Assembly (NCBI GenBank): GCA_964016885.1
Contig: OZ024741.1
Coordinates: forward strand, 280,240,001 to 280,304,000
Length of the DNA: 64,000 nucleotides
DNA from: Eledone cirrhosa
Lineage: Eukaryota
Direction: 5' to 3'
Position 1 is the first letter of the stretch. Every line of letters begins with the position of its first letter. A model generated the notes under the pieces. The model searched no databases. It saw only the letters and a program-made list of their open reading frames with translations, and was not told the origin of the DNA. A program made the translations under genes and the position numbers. Shown here one piece after another: positions 12,619-26,986 of this stretch.

Positions 12619-12938
12619 GGCAGTGAATTGGCAGTCATTAGAACTTTGGATAGAGTACTTTGTGGTATTCATTCCAATTCTCTGCCCTTGCTGAGGTCAA
12701 CTTAACCTTTCATCCTTTTTGAGGTCGATTAAAAAAAAGTATCAGTTCAGTACTTGTGTTGATTCTTCCTCTGTATTGCTTTTTCCCACTCTTGCATTCT
12801 TTCTCTGAAAGAAATTGGTTGTGTTTAAACCTGGAGTGGTGATGAGTTTCACCAGGTTTAAAGTGCCCAAGACCTGCTGTATGTCACTACAGCACCCCTG
12901 TGACTCCATCAGAAGTTACAGGTCTGTACATACATACA
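12619..12938 (+). mobile_element. Long-tailed Meta-like SINE subfamily ending in (CATA)n
   Basis: Same head and central domain, then a ~170-bp tail (AGAAATT.G.TGT.TTCAGACCTG..CAGGTTTAAA..ATGTCACTA..GAGTTAC.GGTC). Relatives at ~10801-11040, ~19100-19346, 49358-49686, 56019-56353, 57538-57854 (-), ~60495-60725 and ~63399-63645. Confidence 0.7.
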
Positions 12939-13335
12939 GATTAAAGGCTAAACGGACCTATGAGAAAGTTTGAAGCTAAAAAATATTTTAGAAACAAGAA
13001 AGGATAAACTGAATACTGTAAAAGCATTCAATCTTGTATTCTACTTCTATCATTGCTCCCGTTGTAATTGTTTTAATGATAATATCTTACTAGAAATAAC
13101 AGCTAAATCTTCTCCCAAATTGTATACCATTCTGTACTTTTATTTTTAATAATAAAGGAAGGACATATTGAGAAATGGAGTTGTACATATATATGCTGCC
13201 TAAATAAAAAGGATGGGGAATGGTCACAGCTTGCATATCTATTATCATAGGTCTGCTCTATGAGACAAACAACAAAAGGGTTACAAGATAATTGACTTGA
13301 CTTCAGTACATTATTAATACACACACCATCCAAAG

Positions 13336-13524
13336 GGCGGTGGATTGGCAGTATCGGTAGAGGGTCAGCCGCCGTGCTTTAACACATGGAGTTACGGCCC
13401 TTGCCATTCTGAGTTCAAATCCCGCCAAGGTTAACTTTGCCTTTCATCCTTACGGGGTCGATAAAATAAAGTACCAGTAATGCACTGGGTAATTGCTGGC
13501 CTTATGCCAAAAGTAGAAACAATT
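13336..13524 (+). mobile_element. Full-length Meta-like tRNA SINE
   Basis: A/B boxes, central domain and tail; ATTATTAATACA on both sides. Confidence 0.88.
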
Positions 13525-13628
13525 ATTAATACATCTAATTTTTTTTTTAAATATTTGTCCCTGCCCCCTCCCACCATGCCAGCTATAACCATCCTATCAT
13601 CAAGCATTATGTACTTCAAGTTACATTC

Positions 13629-13662
<34 letters not shown>

Positions 13663-13689
13663 TGGCCTTGTGTATTTGGTTTAGAATAA

Positions 13690-14475
13690 GTACACTGTAT
13701 CCCTGCATGTAATAAAAAGTGGCTAAAAGGGTTGGTGTCAGGAAGGTCAACTTGTTGTGAAACATTGCCTCAAAAGGTCCTGTCCAACCCATATTAGCAT
13801 GGAAGTGATGATGATTTCTGATCTAAGACATTCTTTTACTCTTTTGCTGGCTTCAGTCATTAGCAGGTAGTGTGTAGAATAGGTACACCGTATCCCTGCA
13901 TACTGTAAGAAGTGACTAAAAAAAGTTGGTTCAGGAGGGGAATCCGACTGTAAAACATTGCTTCAAAAAGGCCAGTCCAACCCATGCCAACATGGAAAAG
14001 TCAACATAAAAATATCTTTTCAAAACAGTGCAATGTGGTTTGAGGGAGATTTCACTGCTATTTCTAGCAGGTCGAATAACTACATGGAGGATCACTCAGC
14101 TTCCCATTTTTAAATTAGCAGTTTCTGACTTGCATATTAAGCAGTAAGATGGTAATGCTGGTACCACTATAAAAATGGTGCCACAATGAAAGCACCCATT
14201 CCACCCTGTAAAGTGGTAGTGCTGGTGTCACAATGAAAACTACCCAGTCCACACTATGGTAGTAGTAGTAGTGTTGGTGCCGTGACAAAAAGCACCCTGT
14301 TACCTGTAAGATGATAGTGCCAAAGTCACGATAAAACACTCACAGCTATAGAAACAAACCAAATCGGAGCGTACAGGTAAGACAGTCATCTGACCAGTGT
14401 AGCTTCAGTACATGGCACTCTGTCAAAGCCAGGCGAGTATGGAAAATAGACATTAAACAGTGAGGAAGATGATGA
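13690..14475 (+). mobile_element. Several decayed RTE-type 3'UTR/tail fragments
   Basis: Repeated GTTGGTGTCAGGAAGG..CCAACCCAT..GCATGGAA and AAAAGCACCC motifs shared with the RTE 3'UTRs. Confidence 0.6.
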
Positions 14476-14993
14476 TAATAATAATTTAACTCTTAGCGTC
14501 CTATATCATATGAAACCACTTAAGCAAAACATTCATGAAAAGTTAAAAACAGCATCATGACTCCATTGCGTTAGAAATTAGTCTTTATTTTACCATAATA
14601 CTGCACATTTTCACAACAATCTGTCTACTTGTAAAGATACTATAAACATTTGAGCTAACAAACCTGTTTTAAGATATTTCTGTTAAACCATTACAAGATG
14701 TTAAGAGTTTACAACTAAAAATGATTTTAAATACAAATCAATTCATTTTAATTTTTAGTATTTTGACACATTGCAATAAATAATCAAAACATTTAGATTT
14801 CTTGAATACAATAATGATTGATTTTTCCATCTGATGGGAATGTTTTTTTATTTTTGCATTCATTCATTTAGTCGTTCATCATCATTTGTACTTTCACTTT
14901 TTCATGTTGGTATAATATTTTAATTTTTTGGAAAAGAAAACAAAAACAAAAAATGAGGTTCTTTTTTATGGTTATAATTTAAATTTGAAAATA

Positions 14994-15355
14994 CAGTGGA
15001 ACTTCAGTTCCTAAACTTACTTCGTTCCTGAAGGCCGTTTGTCACCCGAAATGTCCGTAAACCCCAAAAAGTTTTTCTGAACATAAAATGTCTTGGTTGA
15101 CAAAGGGTGTCTAAAGTAACAAATATGCAAGCTAGAACAAGGGTTGGCAACAAGCTGGGAGTATCGACGAGAAAACGTCACTTGTTGTGTAGTTAGTTAC
15201 TGTTGTGATATCTATGTCTTTCACACACAGTCTCTCTCTCGCGCACTATTTCTCATTCAACAATTTATATGGGAATAATAGTTTTGGTTTACAAACATTT
15301 TGGATGAAGAACAGCATCAAGGAATGAATTAAGTTTATGAATCGAGGTTCCTTTG
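14994..15355. mobile_element. Tc1/mariner-superfamily (pogo/Tigger-like) MITE
   Basis: TA|CAGTGGAACTTCAGTTC...GAATCGAGGTTCCTTTG|TA degenerate TIRs with TA duplication; homologous copy at 22728-23005. Confidence 0.75.
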
Positions 15356-18300
15356 TATATCTTAATGTTGTCCTGTGTCACAGTTATATCTTAATGTTGT
15401 CCTGTGTCACAGTGATATCTTAATGTTGTCCTGTGTCACAGTTATATCTTAATGTTGTCCTGTGTCACAGTTATATCTTAATGTTGTCCTGTGTCACAGT
15501 GATATCTTAATGTTGTCCTGTGTCACAGTTATATCTTAATGTTGTCCTGTGTCACAGTGATATCTTAATGTTGTCCTGTGTCACAGTTATATCTTAATGT
15601 TGTCCTGTGTCACAGTTATATCTTAATGTTGTCCTGTGTCACAGTGATATCTTAATGTTGTCCTGTGTCACAGTTATATCTTAATGTTGTCCTGTGTCAC
15701 AGTTATATCTTAATGTTGTCCTGTGTCACAGTTATATCTTAATGTTGTCCTGTGTCACAGTTATATCTTAATGTTGTCCTGTGTCACAGTTATATCTTAA
15801 TGTTGTCCTGTGTCACAGTTATATCTTAATGTTGTCCTGTGTCACAGTTATATCTTAATGTTGTCCTGTGTCACAGTTATATCTTAATGTTGTCCTGTGT
15901 CACAGTTATATCTTAATGTTGTCCTGTGTCACAGTGATATCTTAATGTTGTCCTGTGTCACAGTGATATCTTAATGTTGTCCTGTGTCACAGTGATATCT
16001 TAATGTTGTCCTGTGTCACAGTTATATCTTAATGTTGTCCTGTGTCACAGTGATATCTTAATGTCCTGTGTCACAGTGATATCTTAATGTTGTCCTGTGT
16101 CACAGTTATATCTTAATGTTGTCCTGTGTCACAGTTATATCTTAATGTTGTCCTGTGTCACAGTTATATCTTAATGTTGTCCTGTGTCACAGTTATATCT
16201 TAATGTTGTCCTGTGTCACAGTTATATCTTAATGTTGTCCTGTGTCACAGTTATATCTTAATGTTGTCCTGTGTCACAGTTATATCTTAATGTTGTCCTG
16301 TCACAGTGATATCTTAATGTTGTCCTGTGTCACAGTGATATCTTAATGTTGTCCTGTGTCACAGTGATATCTTAATGTTGTCCTGTGTCACAGTTATATC
16401 TTAATGTTGACCTGTGTCACAGTTATATCTTAATGTTGTCCTGTGTCACAGTTATATCTTAATGTTGACCTGTGTCACAGTTATATCTTAATGTTGTCCT
16501 GTGTCACAGTTATATCTTAATGTTGTCCTGTGTCACAGTTATATCTTAATGTTGACCTGTGTCACAGTTATATCTTAATGTTGTCCTGTGTCACAGTGAT
16601 ATCTTAATGTTGACCTGTGTCACAGTTATATCTTAATGTTGTCCTGTGTCACAGTTATATCTTAATGTTGTCCTGTGTCACAGTTATATCTTAATGTTGA
16701 CCTGTGTCACAGTTATATCTTAATGTTGTCCTGTGTCACAGTGATATCTTAATGTTGACCTGTGTCACAGTTATATCTTAATGTTGACCTGTGTCACAGT
16801 TATATCTTAATGTTGTCCTGTGTCACAGTTATATCTTAATGTTGACCTGTGTCACAGTTATATCTTAATGTTGTCCTGTGTCACAGTTATATCTTAATGT
16901 TGTCCTGTGTCACAGTTATATCTTAATGTTGACCTGTGTCACAGTTATATCTTAATGTTGTCCTGTGTCACAGTGATATCTTAATGTTGTCCTGTGTCAC
17001 AGTTATATCTTAATGTTGTCCTGTGTCACAGTTATATTTTAATGTTGACCTGTGTCAGTTATATTTTAATGTTGACCTGTGTCACAGTTATATCTTAATG
17101 TTGTCCTGTGTCACAGTTATATCTTAATGTTGTCCTGTGTCACAGTGATATCTTAATGTTGACCTGTGTCACAGTTATATCTTAATGTTGACCTGTGTCA
17201 CAGTTATATCTTAATGTTGACCTGTGTCACAGTTTTATCTTAATGTTGATCTGTGTCACAGTTATATCTTAATGTTGACCTGTGTCACAGTTATATCTTA
17301 ATGTTGACCTGTGTCACAGTTATATCTTAATGTTGACCTGTGTCACAGTTATATCTTAATGTTGTCCTGTGTCACAGTTATATCTTAATGTTGTCCTGTG
17401 TCACAGTGATATCTTAATGTTGTCCTGTGTCACAGTTATATCTTAATGTTGACCTGTGTCACAGTTATATCTTAATGTTGTCCTGTCACAGTGATATCTT
17501 AATGTTGTCCTGTGTCACAGTGATATCTTAATGTTGTCCTGTGTCACAGTGATATCTTAATGTTGTCCTGTGTCACAGTGATATCTTAATGTTGTCCTGT
17601 GTCACAGTTATATCTTAATGTTGTCCTGTGTCACAGTTATATCTTAATGTTGTCCTGTGTCACAGTGATATCTTAATGTTGTCCTGTGTCACAGTTATAT
17701 CTTAATGTTGTCCTGTGTCACAGTTATATCTTAATGTTGTCCTGTCACAGTGATATCTTAATGTTGTCCTGTGTCACAGTGATATCTTAATGTTGTCCTG
17801 TGTCACAGTTATATCTTAATGTTGTCCTGTGTCACAGTTATATCTTAATGTTGTCCTGTGTCACAGTTATATCTTAATGTTGTCCTGTGTCACAGTTATA
17901 TCTTAATGTTGTCCTGTGTCACAGTTATATCTTAATGTTGTCCTGTGTCACAGTTATATCTTAATGTTGTCCTGTGTCACAGTGATATCTTAATGTTGAC
18001 CTGTGTCACAGTTTTATCTTAATGTTGACCTGTGTCACAGTTATATCTTAATGTTGACCTGTGTCACAGTTATATCTTAATGTTGACCTGTGTCACAGTT
18101 TTATCTTAATGTTGACCTGTGTCACAGTTATATCTTAATGTTGACCTGTGTCACAGTTATATCTTAATGTTGACCTGTGTCACAGTGATATCTTAATGTT
18201 GTCCTGTGTCACAGTTATATCTTAATGTTGACCTGTGTCACAGTGATATCTTAATGTTGTCCTGTGTCACAGTTATATCTTAATGTTGACCTGTGTCACA

Positions 18301-18620
18301 GTTATATCTTAATGTTGACCTGTGTCAGTTATATCTTAATGTTGTCCTGTGTCACAGTTATATCTTAATGTTGACCTGTGTCACAGTTATATTTTAATGT
18401 TGACCTGTGTCAGTTATATTTTAATGTTGACCTGTGTCACAGTTATATCTTAATGTTGACCTGTGTCACAGTTTTATCTTAATGTTGACCTGTGTCACAG
18501 TTATATCTTAATGTTGACCTGTGTCACAGTTATATCTTAATGTTGACCTGTGTCACAGTTATATCTTAATGTTGTCCTGTGTCACAGTTATATCTTAATG
18601 TTGACCTGTGTCAGTTATAT
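15356..18620. repeat. 29-bp minisatellite, about 112 units (TATATCTTAATGTTGTCCTGTGTCACAGT)
   Basis: Directly visible 29-bp period with T/G and T/A variants and occasional shortened units; degenerate units continue to ~18725. Confidence 0.97.
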
Positions 18621-18834
18621 ATAAAAATTCAACCTAGGGACAGCCTGTAAAAAAAACTCTTATATATATCTCTATGTTGATCTGTACCACAGTTATATAT
18701 ATATATTTTTTGACCTGTCACAGTTTGAAATCATTTGCCTTTCATCCTTTCAGGGTTGATAATAGAAAGTACATGTTGAGAACTGAGGTCAATTTTGATG
18801 ACTATACCATGTCCTTAAATTTCTGACCTTGTGC

Positions 18835-19071
18835 TTAACTCTTGATATCAAACTGCCTTGGATTTAAAATACTTCTCATTTTAAATATTTATCCTTATAC
18901 TAAAACCTTCCATTATGGTTTTATTTTAGAACTTTTTTCATAAGTGATGTTTCAAACATCAGCTTATTAATGAAAAATGTTGTTATTTTATTAAATTCCT
19001 CAATGTTTGGTTATTTTAAAAATTAATTGAAACAGTGTATTTCATTAGAAATATGAAAATGAAAGGGTTAA
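18835..19071. mobile_element. TTAA-flanked piggyBac-like MITE, family X, inside a SINE tail
   Basis: TTAA|CTCTTGATATCAAACTGCC...ATTTCATTAGAAATATG..AAAGGG|TTAA; it splits the SINE tail GACCTTGTGC/AGAAATTATTATT. Confidence 0.65.
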
Positions 19072-21762
19072 AGAAATTATTATTTTTATTATTATTGTAA
19101 GGTGGTTAAGTGGCATTGGTAGTGTTGTTAAATGCCTTGTAGTATATTGTTATATTTCTTCATGGTATGAGTTCAAATCACACTAGAGCCTAATATTAAA
19201 AAGGTGCCTTTCAATCCATTTGAGGTCGATAAAAAAAGTACCAATCAAGTACTCTCTCTCTCTCTCTCTCAAAAAAAAATCTGTTGTCTTCAGGCATGGA
19301 GAGGATATGGGCCTTCAGCTCTTTCAGGAGTTACGGGTCCATACCATGTTTTCTGTATGAATTTATGAAATATAAGATTTTTTTTTCTAAAAACTCTTTT
19401 ATTTCCATAGTTGTGACTGGATATTATTCACATTTTTAACTTTTAAAAATTTGCTGGAACTTCTATTCATGTTTAGGTTCATATTTAATGTATAAAGAAA
19501 GCTGTCATAATATAGGATGACTGTAATGTGTGGTTGTGGGGGGTTTATAACAGAACATTGTCATCAATATACATTTGGCATATGCATACAGATTTAAAAT
19601 TAATAATACCAAAAGAAAAATAAATTAGATTTGCTGAAAGAGCTCTCTTCAGTTTTAATTTAACATATGAGTTTCTGATTAAATAAATTGTTAATTCAAG
19701 TCCAAATTAGATTTGGTTTGTGTATTCACCAATTAAGTTAAGCTGGTCATCTATTTTTAGCTTATGTTCTGTTTATGAAACAATGCTGTCGAAGATTTTG
19801 TTAGAAATGTTTGGCAGAAAGCAAGCACAGCCATTTATTCTTTGGCAAATATTTCTTCTGTGGCTGTCTCATTTGGAATATAAGCTATTGGCTGGTGTTC
19901 CACGCCTATATGCAAAACCAAATTATATGCTGTCACAGCTAATAGCATGTCAAACTAGCTTTACTGTATAATTCTCTCAGCCACTTTAATCAACTGGCTT
20001 TATAAGGTTGAAATACACACCCACCCATCCCATAGTTTGCCCTAAGTGAAACTTTGTCTTTGTCATCATTAACAATGGGAGCGCACACATTAGTTTTGGA
20101 AAACTGTATTAATACAATTTAGCTAGTTAATTGACACTTACATATCTACCATAACACCTAAAAGATGTAAGTTACCTGCTTTTCTCTCACTTTCTTTCTG
20201 CTGGCTTCCTAATTGGGTTCATTTTTTTCTCATCACCTGCCATACACATTACAGCCAACTTTCATATAAGACCTTTTTTCTACTGCTATTTTAGACTCCC
20301 TGTTTTATAAATATTATTACAGCATTTCCATTTCCTCTTTGTAATCCTAAATTGGTCCTTAATTGGAAAATATTCAGTTCCAATCCTGTTGTATGTAGTC
20401 TTTCAATTGAGTGGTTGTGCAAGACATTATATTACTTGCTGTAGAGTGAGTGTCTCACTAGAAAGCAGGTGTTGGATGTCATTCTTTTCATTATATAGTA
20501 GTTGGAGTAATAATAATATTCAACATTGGGATATGTGCTTTAAAGACATGTAAATATCCTAATTTGTAGAGACCATTCATACTGTTAAAAAAAAATAACA
20601 GCAGCAGCAGGCAGGCTATTTGCTAGTTGTGTTTGATAACTATTGATTCAATTGAGATCACTTTTATTTCAGTGCTGAAGGAATTCTTGATAGGAGATGA
20701 AAAGAATATTGATTGTGGCTGCACGTTTTCTGGAGTTACAGGTTTCTACCAATAGAATCTCAGAAACAGGGAGTTAGTTTGAATGACATGCAAATGTTTA
20801 TTCAGCACTTACCTGCCAAATTTAGCAAACTCTACTTTCCTGCTCTTTTTTGTTCATGACATTGATCTTTTATAGACTCCATGTTAGTTACACTCCATAA
20901 CCTGTAACTTAATTAATTATCTTCAACCAACTGTGTAAAATTTAGAATTAAAAAGAAACAACAAAAGATTATCTGCCAAAAGTGGGTTCTATGTAAACAG
21001 TGACTAATTGTGATTCAACTATGTCTCTTAACATTTAACTCCAATTAAATGTAGTAAGTGAAATTAACTGGTGGTGAAATGCCTTGCAGTATTTACTATG
21101 CCCCTCTGCACCCTGGGTTAAAATCCCACTGAGGTCAACTTTGCTTTTAATCCTTTTGAGATCAATAAAATAAAGTACCAGTCTAGGATGGAGGACTGGC
21201 AGAAAGAATTGTTAAAGCATTGAGCAAGATGCTTTGTGGTATTTGACTCTGTATCTTTACATTCTGAGTTAAAATCCCACTGTGGTCTATTTGTAAGGTA
21301 GATGAAAATTAAAATCTATTGCCCAGTTTAACATTATCACCTGACTGTTTGGTGCTTTTAGCAAAGTCCATTCTATTGGAAGCAGTAGGGCCAAGTCTTC
21401 TGTTTCAATATACCCCCTTCCTTCAAACCAGCTTTAAAGACCTTGAAAAGCAGTTAACAAAAATACTAACATTCATTTAGTTACTCTTTCACAGTAGCAG
21501 TAGATCAGACCTGATCTAGTTTCTAAAAAAATATATATCTGGGTGAATATAAATATATGGTAAATGACACTTAAGTCTATTAGATTATATATAGGCCATT
21601 GAAGAATTAAAGCCAGACAAAGTTGGCCTGAGTAAGCAGGAATTCAACGGAAACAGAAGAAAGTAGAAAAAATTAAAGTGGAGCAATTAGGTTAACTCAT
21701 TCAGTCTGTACCCACATATAGAAAAATGTGCATGTCATTGTTAGTGCTAGCCAAACGTTGAA

Positions 21763-21910
21763 TTGTGTGCTAACTTGTTACTAACGTTGACTTTAACCAG
21801 CTATCAAGTGTATTGTGTGTTAACTTATTACTAACATTAACTTTAATCAGCTATCAAGTATATTGTGTTAACTTATTACTAACATTAACTTTAACCAGCT
21901 ATCAAGTATA
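21763..21910. repeat. Three tandem ~48-50-bp units
   Basis: TGTGTTAACTTATTACTAACATTAACTTTAACCAGCTATCAAGT repeated three times. Confidence 0.85.
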
Positions 21911-22308
21911 TGGAAACTGTTGCTAGTAAGATAGTAATTACATGATTCTTGACAAAAGTGGTTCTCAATTCAAAAGTTAGAAACCCTGTCTGCCAATTAA
22001 TTATGTCTACTAGAAATGCAGCATAGTGCTAATAAATTCTTAGTTAACCCCAGTTGGATTATTGTAATCTAATGAGTCACTTTAGCACTGAAGTAATATG
22101 TGTGCTCTCATTCGATAGACAGAAGCTGTGAAAGTTAATTTTCTGGCTCAGTGATTCGGGGTAGCACTGGTAATAGAATATATAGAAATCTGTATACTTT
22201 GACCATGAATCCAATTCTTTGACACAATAATTGCAACTTCTAAAATTGAAGTATTTCAGCATAAAATTAACTTGCTTTTTGCATGTATAACAAAATTAAA
22301 AATATTTA

Positions 22309-22537
22309 TAATGGTTTCTGATTTAGGCACAAAGCCAACAAATTTTTTGTGGGGATGGGAAAGTCGATTAAATCAACCCCAGTGTGTTACTGGTACTTTA
22401 TTTTATCAACCCCATAAGAATGAAAGGCAAAGCTAACCTCGGCAGGATTTGAAATCAGAACATAAAGGGCTGTGCTGTAACTCTACGCCATGAAACATGG
22501 TGTCCAATGCACTACCGATACTACCAATCCACCAACC
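22309..22537 (-). mobile_element. Full-length Meta-like tRNA SINE (longer variant)
   Basis: Reverse complement of the family, with the extra GTCGATTAAATCAACCCCAGT segment. Confidence 0.85.
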
Positions 22538-22727
22538 TTATAATATGTTTTTATTAGACAAAAGATTTTCTATGAAAGAAATATTTCTTAGGCAGAGAGG
22601 CTATTCAATTTGCTGTACTTAGGATAAAAAAATATTGACCTTGAAGGTTGTAGGAACTTAGAAAGACTTGATGCATTTAAACAAAGTGTTATTTTGGAGC
22701 CATTTCCACTTTTCTAATTTGGATAAA

Positions 22728-23005
22728 CAGTGGAACCTTGGTTCATGAACGCCTCTCATCACCAGTTCATGAACAATTTTTCCAAATATAAAATGTTTCG
22801 AGTAACGAACTTGCAAGCTGGTAACAATGGTTGGCAAATAGCAGGTATCAGCAGGAAAGTGTCACTTGCTGTGTAGTTAGTTACTATGGTGGTATCTGTC
22901 TTTCACACACAGTCTCTCACTTACTGTATTTCATATGGGAAAAATAATTTTGGATGACGAACATCTTTCAGGAACGAATTAAGTTCGTGAACTGTGGTTC
23001 TACAG
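22728..23005. mobile_element. pogo/Tigger-like MITE, second copy
   Basis: CAGTGGAACCTTGGTTCATGAAC...GTTCGTGAACTGTGGTTCTACAG|TA; interior similar to 14994-15355. Confidence 0.75.
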
Positions 23006-23486
23006 TATTAAAAGGTTTTGTTTTGTAGTGACAAATATATTTTGCTATCAGAGATTGTTTTATAAAATTATGTTTTTTTGAAACCTTGGCCATTCAACAT
23101 CTATGACGAATATCTATTTTAACCCTTTTGATAGGAAACCTCCAGAAACCACTCTTAGTTCTATGATCATCATGTTCCTGCAATTGGTGTAGCCAGTTGT
23201 CGTGCCACTTTAGATGCTTTTATAGTCAGTCGTTGCCATTGGTCTCTATTTTCATCATGCATAGAAGGGTCTCAGTGTTGTGACCTGTCCAGTCTTATTC
23301 TTTGTTTGCTTCGTGCCTGCTCTGATGGATTGACTGCATATCATTTTCAAATCATTTTGAAAATATTCAAAAATTTGGAGGGATTTAATAAAATAAACTT
23401 TCTCATTATTAAGTTGGCATTTGGAACATAACAAACGTTCTTGCATATAATTATGATGGAAGGTTTTTAGATAAATATAAACCATT

Positions 23487-23712
23487 TTAACCCTTTAGCA
23501 TTTACATTACTCTATATATACTATTATATTTTCATGGTAAAGGCTTTATCTCGCATAATTATCTCACATAATATTGAATCTATGAGATTTTAAAAGTATT
23601 TATTTTGAGAACAATACCTTAATCAGTTTGAGCGACCGGTTACAGCCAGTTTCAATAGAAAGAGGTAGAGAATTCTGGCCGGTTTTGGCCGGTTTGAACA
23701 TTAAAGGGTTAA
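23487..23712. mobile_element. TTAA-flanked piggyBac-like MITE, family Y
   Basis: TTAA|CCCTTTAGCATTTAC...AACATTAAAGGG|TTAA; inverted homologue at 28696-28912. Confidence 0.75.
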
Positions 23713-24300
23713 AAGATAAATTATTGTATCAAAGTGTCAAGTGAATATTTTTTTTTGGGTTCCTTCCATGACTGAACTTAATTCTGAACTTACGACTTTG
23801 ATAAGGAAATGCACTGTCTGTATGTGTGTTTATGTGAGTGAGTGTTTCATAACAATTGGTCATGTGACATGTAGCTATGTGTGTGTGTGTCTATATATAT
23901 ATATATCATCATTTTACGCCCTCTTTTCCCTGCGTATACACTCACACACACATGGCATATTATTACACCCCCACCCCCACCCCACCCCCAAGTAATAATT
24001 ACTCATAAAACTTTACTTGTATATAATTCACTTGACATTTTTCTATGCAAAACATTACTGAAGTGGTGTTTGTTTTCATAAGAGTGACTTATTAATTGAA
24101 ACAGCTCCTTGTTAAAGCAGTTGAGTTGCCCACTTTAATAGGTTAGTTGTAAAGCACTGGCTACAATTTTAAATTTGTGTGTCAAATTTATATTTCATTC
24201 TAATATTTGTGTAATGAAATAATTAATGACAAAGTAAACATTTATTCTGTTTGTTCAAATTACTATTGAGATTACACTGTCCTACTAATTCAAGTAGTAA

Positions 24301-24630
24301 AGGCGCGTACATGACTTAGTGGCTAGAGTGTTGGATTCACAATCATTGTGTTGTGAGTTTCATTCCTGGACTGGGCGGTGCTTGTATCCTTGGGAAAACA
24401 CTTTCACATATTAGTTCACTCAGCTGGAGAAAATGAGTTGTGATGTCACTCACTGGTGCCAAGCTGTATCAGCCTTTCCCTTGGACAACATCAATGGTGT
24501 GGAGAGGGGAAACTGGTGTGCTTGGGCAACTGTTGGTCTTCCACAAATATATGTTGCCTTTGCTTGTATCTTGGAGGGAAACTCTCTCAGTGCAAAACCA
24601 TGTTCATTTGTGGCCAAAAGGAGGCCACGA
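24301..24630 (+). mobile_element. tRNA-headed SINE with V/CORE-like domain, tail type 1
   Basis: TGACTTAGTGGCTAGAG A-box, GAGTTTCATTCC B-box, GTATCCTTGGGAAAACACTTT..CACTCAGCTG central motif. Confidence 0.65.
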
Positions 24631-26986
24631 TTACTAATTAGAGTAAACAATTTTTGTTTTCATTTTTTATATACTTATGACTCTTCAGTTGTGTCAAAGA
24701 TAATGCAACCTCCCCCTAGTGTTGGCGATCTACATGAAAAATGCACCCAGTACACTAGTGGTTGGTGATAGGAAAAACATCCAGCTGTAGAAAGCTTGCC
24801 AAACAAAGAATTGAAAGGACTATTCAGCTGTGTCAAAGACATGGCAGCCTTCCTAGTGATGGTGCCATGATAAAAGGCACTTGGTAGATTACAGGGAGGT
24901 CCAGTGATTCTGTTACTAGCAGGAAAGACTGTTTAATGATGATGATTTACTGTGTTTATATGTTCTTAATTTATAGAACAATAGTTAGTCAGAAGATCTG
25001 ACTAGATAGGAAAATGGGAAGTTTGAAAGGTTCATTTAGTAAATATTTCATAAGCTTCAAAGGATTTATAATTGGCAGATAAATATGGATGAGTGATTTA
25101 GGGATGGTGACTGTTCTGACACATGCAAAAGTCCAGGAAGAGACAGCCTGCTGAGAAGAATTTGTTTGTTTGGCTGTTAGGTTTGATTAGTAACAGAATA
25201 AAAATAGCAAGAGAACTTTGTAGTGCTGGCAGAACAGACAAATGAATGAATAAATATATAAAATAACATGTGTGATTACATTTAACCTTGTTTACAATTA
25301 GAAATAATTATGTGTAAAGCCTTTTTTTTTTAATTCACTTTGTTGTTATTGTCAGTCTTCTAAAGTCCACCAAAGAAAATGTTAGGCAAAGTTGTTTGAT
25401 CTATTGTTTTGTAGAGAAAATTGAGAATTATTCATGTGAAGACACTCTCAGGGAGTACATAGTGCTTGTGTCTTATTATTGATAAACATTTATCAATTTA
25501 TTAGAGCCTCATTATGAAATACTTTTTGTTTAAATAAAAATGTTACTGAGTTTGCTTTCCTTAAATAGTCTGAAAAACATTTTATAAGATTTGAAGTAGT
25601 TGTAATGTTTAAGTCACTGGTTGAATGGTCTTTTATGAAAATCAGAGCAGTAGATAGATAATTCTTAGTTATTTGCTAGGGTAGGATGATCAAATGTTAG
25701 ATGAATATTATGGGTTGTACAGTAGAATATAGAGTGATATTCCTGCCTTGCTTCCTTGAGTCCTTAACTCCTGATAGTCATAGGCATTATGTTATGACAT
25801 GTCTCCTGGACATTTTAAACCTGGGGAGATTTTAAACCTGGCTGATGTTCTGATAAATTCATCAATCCACAGCCTTAGATTGGTATTTTTTTTATCAACC
25901 TTGAAAGAATGGATCTTGATGGGATTTGACTGTTTCAGTATAAACCACTGTTGCAAATTGTTAATCTCTAATTTGTATCAGATATGATTTAAGGAGATGC
26001 CATTTTGATGTTTGCATCAGAAAGAAGCCTAGGAAGTGTTTGTATTCATGTTGAGGTTGAAATGTGTGGGTATGTGTGTAGTATGACTTTTTTTAAAGCT
26101 GACACTAAGTGAATGGGGGCTACTAAATGATATATATAGGCTTGCTATCTTTGATGAAAGGACCAATTAGACATTGTTTTGTGTCACACTTTTAAATTTT
26201 TATAAAAGTGTTTAGTGATGGTCATGTAATGGTCACCATTGTTGGGGTGCACTCATAGTTGGTGGGTATGGTCAACTTTAATTTCCAAGGACCCATGCAA
26301 GCATGGAAAGGCAGATGTAAAGAAGATGATGGTGATATCACAGTGGCTTCCACTATTCTATGTTAGAAGTGAAATCACAATAGTTGATATAGGTTTGAGT
26401 CAGGTTATCTAGTTGTTAGGGTGTTGAATTAAAAATTATAAGGTTGTGGGTTCAATTCTTGGATTGGGTATGCACAAGATGTTTGATTTCATGTTCCTTT
26501 CCATGAAATGACTGGGGCCCCAATCATGAAAACACCTATTAAACCTCTTATGAGATGCCAAGGAAACCAGATAAACCTGCATCTCTATGAGTTGTAAATT
26601 TCCCCTTTTTTGTTTTGTTTTTTCCTGTTCCAACTAATAACAATATTATTAATTTGTAATTTAATGATAAATAAGTTCAAGGTCAGCTTCATACAGGTCA
26701 TCATGCGCACACATGTACTGAATGAGTATGGTGTGGCTATTCAACACTATATCATCATTATTATCATCATCATTTTTACGTTCACTTTTCCAATTTGTTT
26801 TGAGACAATGTTTTACAGCCGCATACCCTTCCTAATGCCAACCCTCTTAGTCACTTCTTAAGACATGCAAGGATATGGTGTACCTATTCTAAAAACCAGG
26901 GTTCACATGGCGTAATAAATAAATAGATAAATAAACAGAAATATAATTTTTAAGAGTACAAAACTCACCTAAAAATGTGAGTAATA

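Noticed and set aside
15356-18620. CRISPR array, or RAG heptamer (CACAGTG) array
   Set aside because: Units are contiguous with no unique spacers and no cas genes; the heptamer occurs only in one variant and has no nonamer at 12/23 spacing.
20673-20741. Candidate 69-nt exon (TTTCAG|...CAG|GTTTCT)
   Set aside because: Weak donor and an immediate stop in phase 0; cannot be excluded as a UTR exon but is unsupported.
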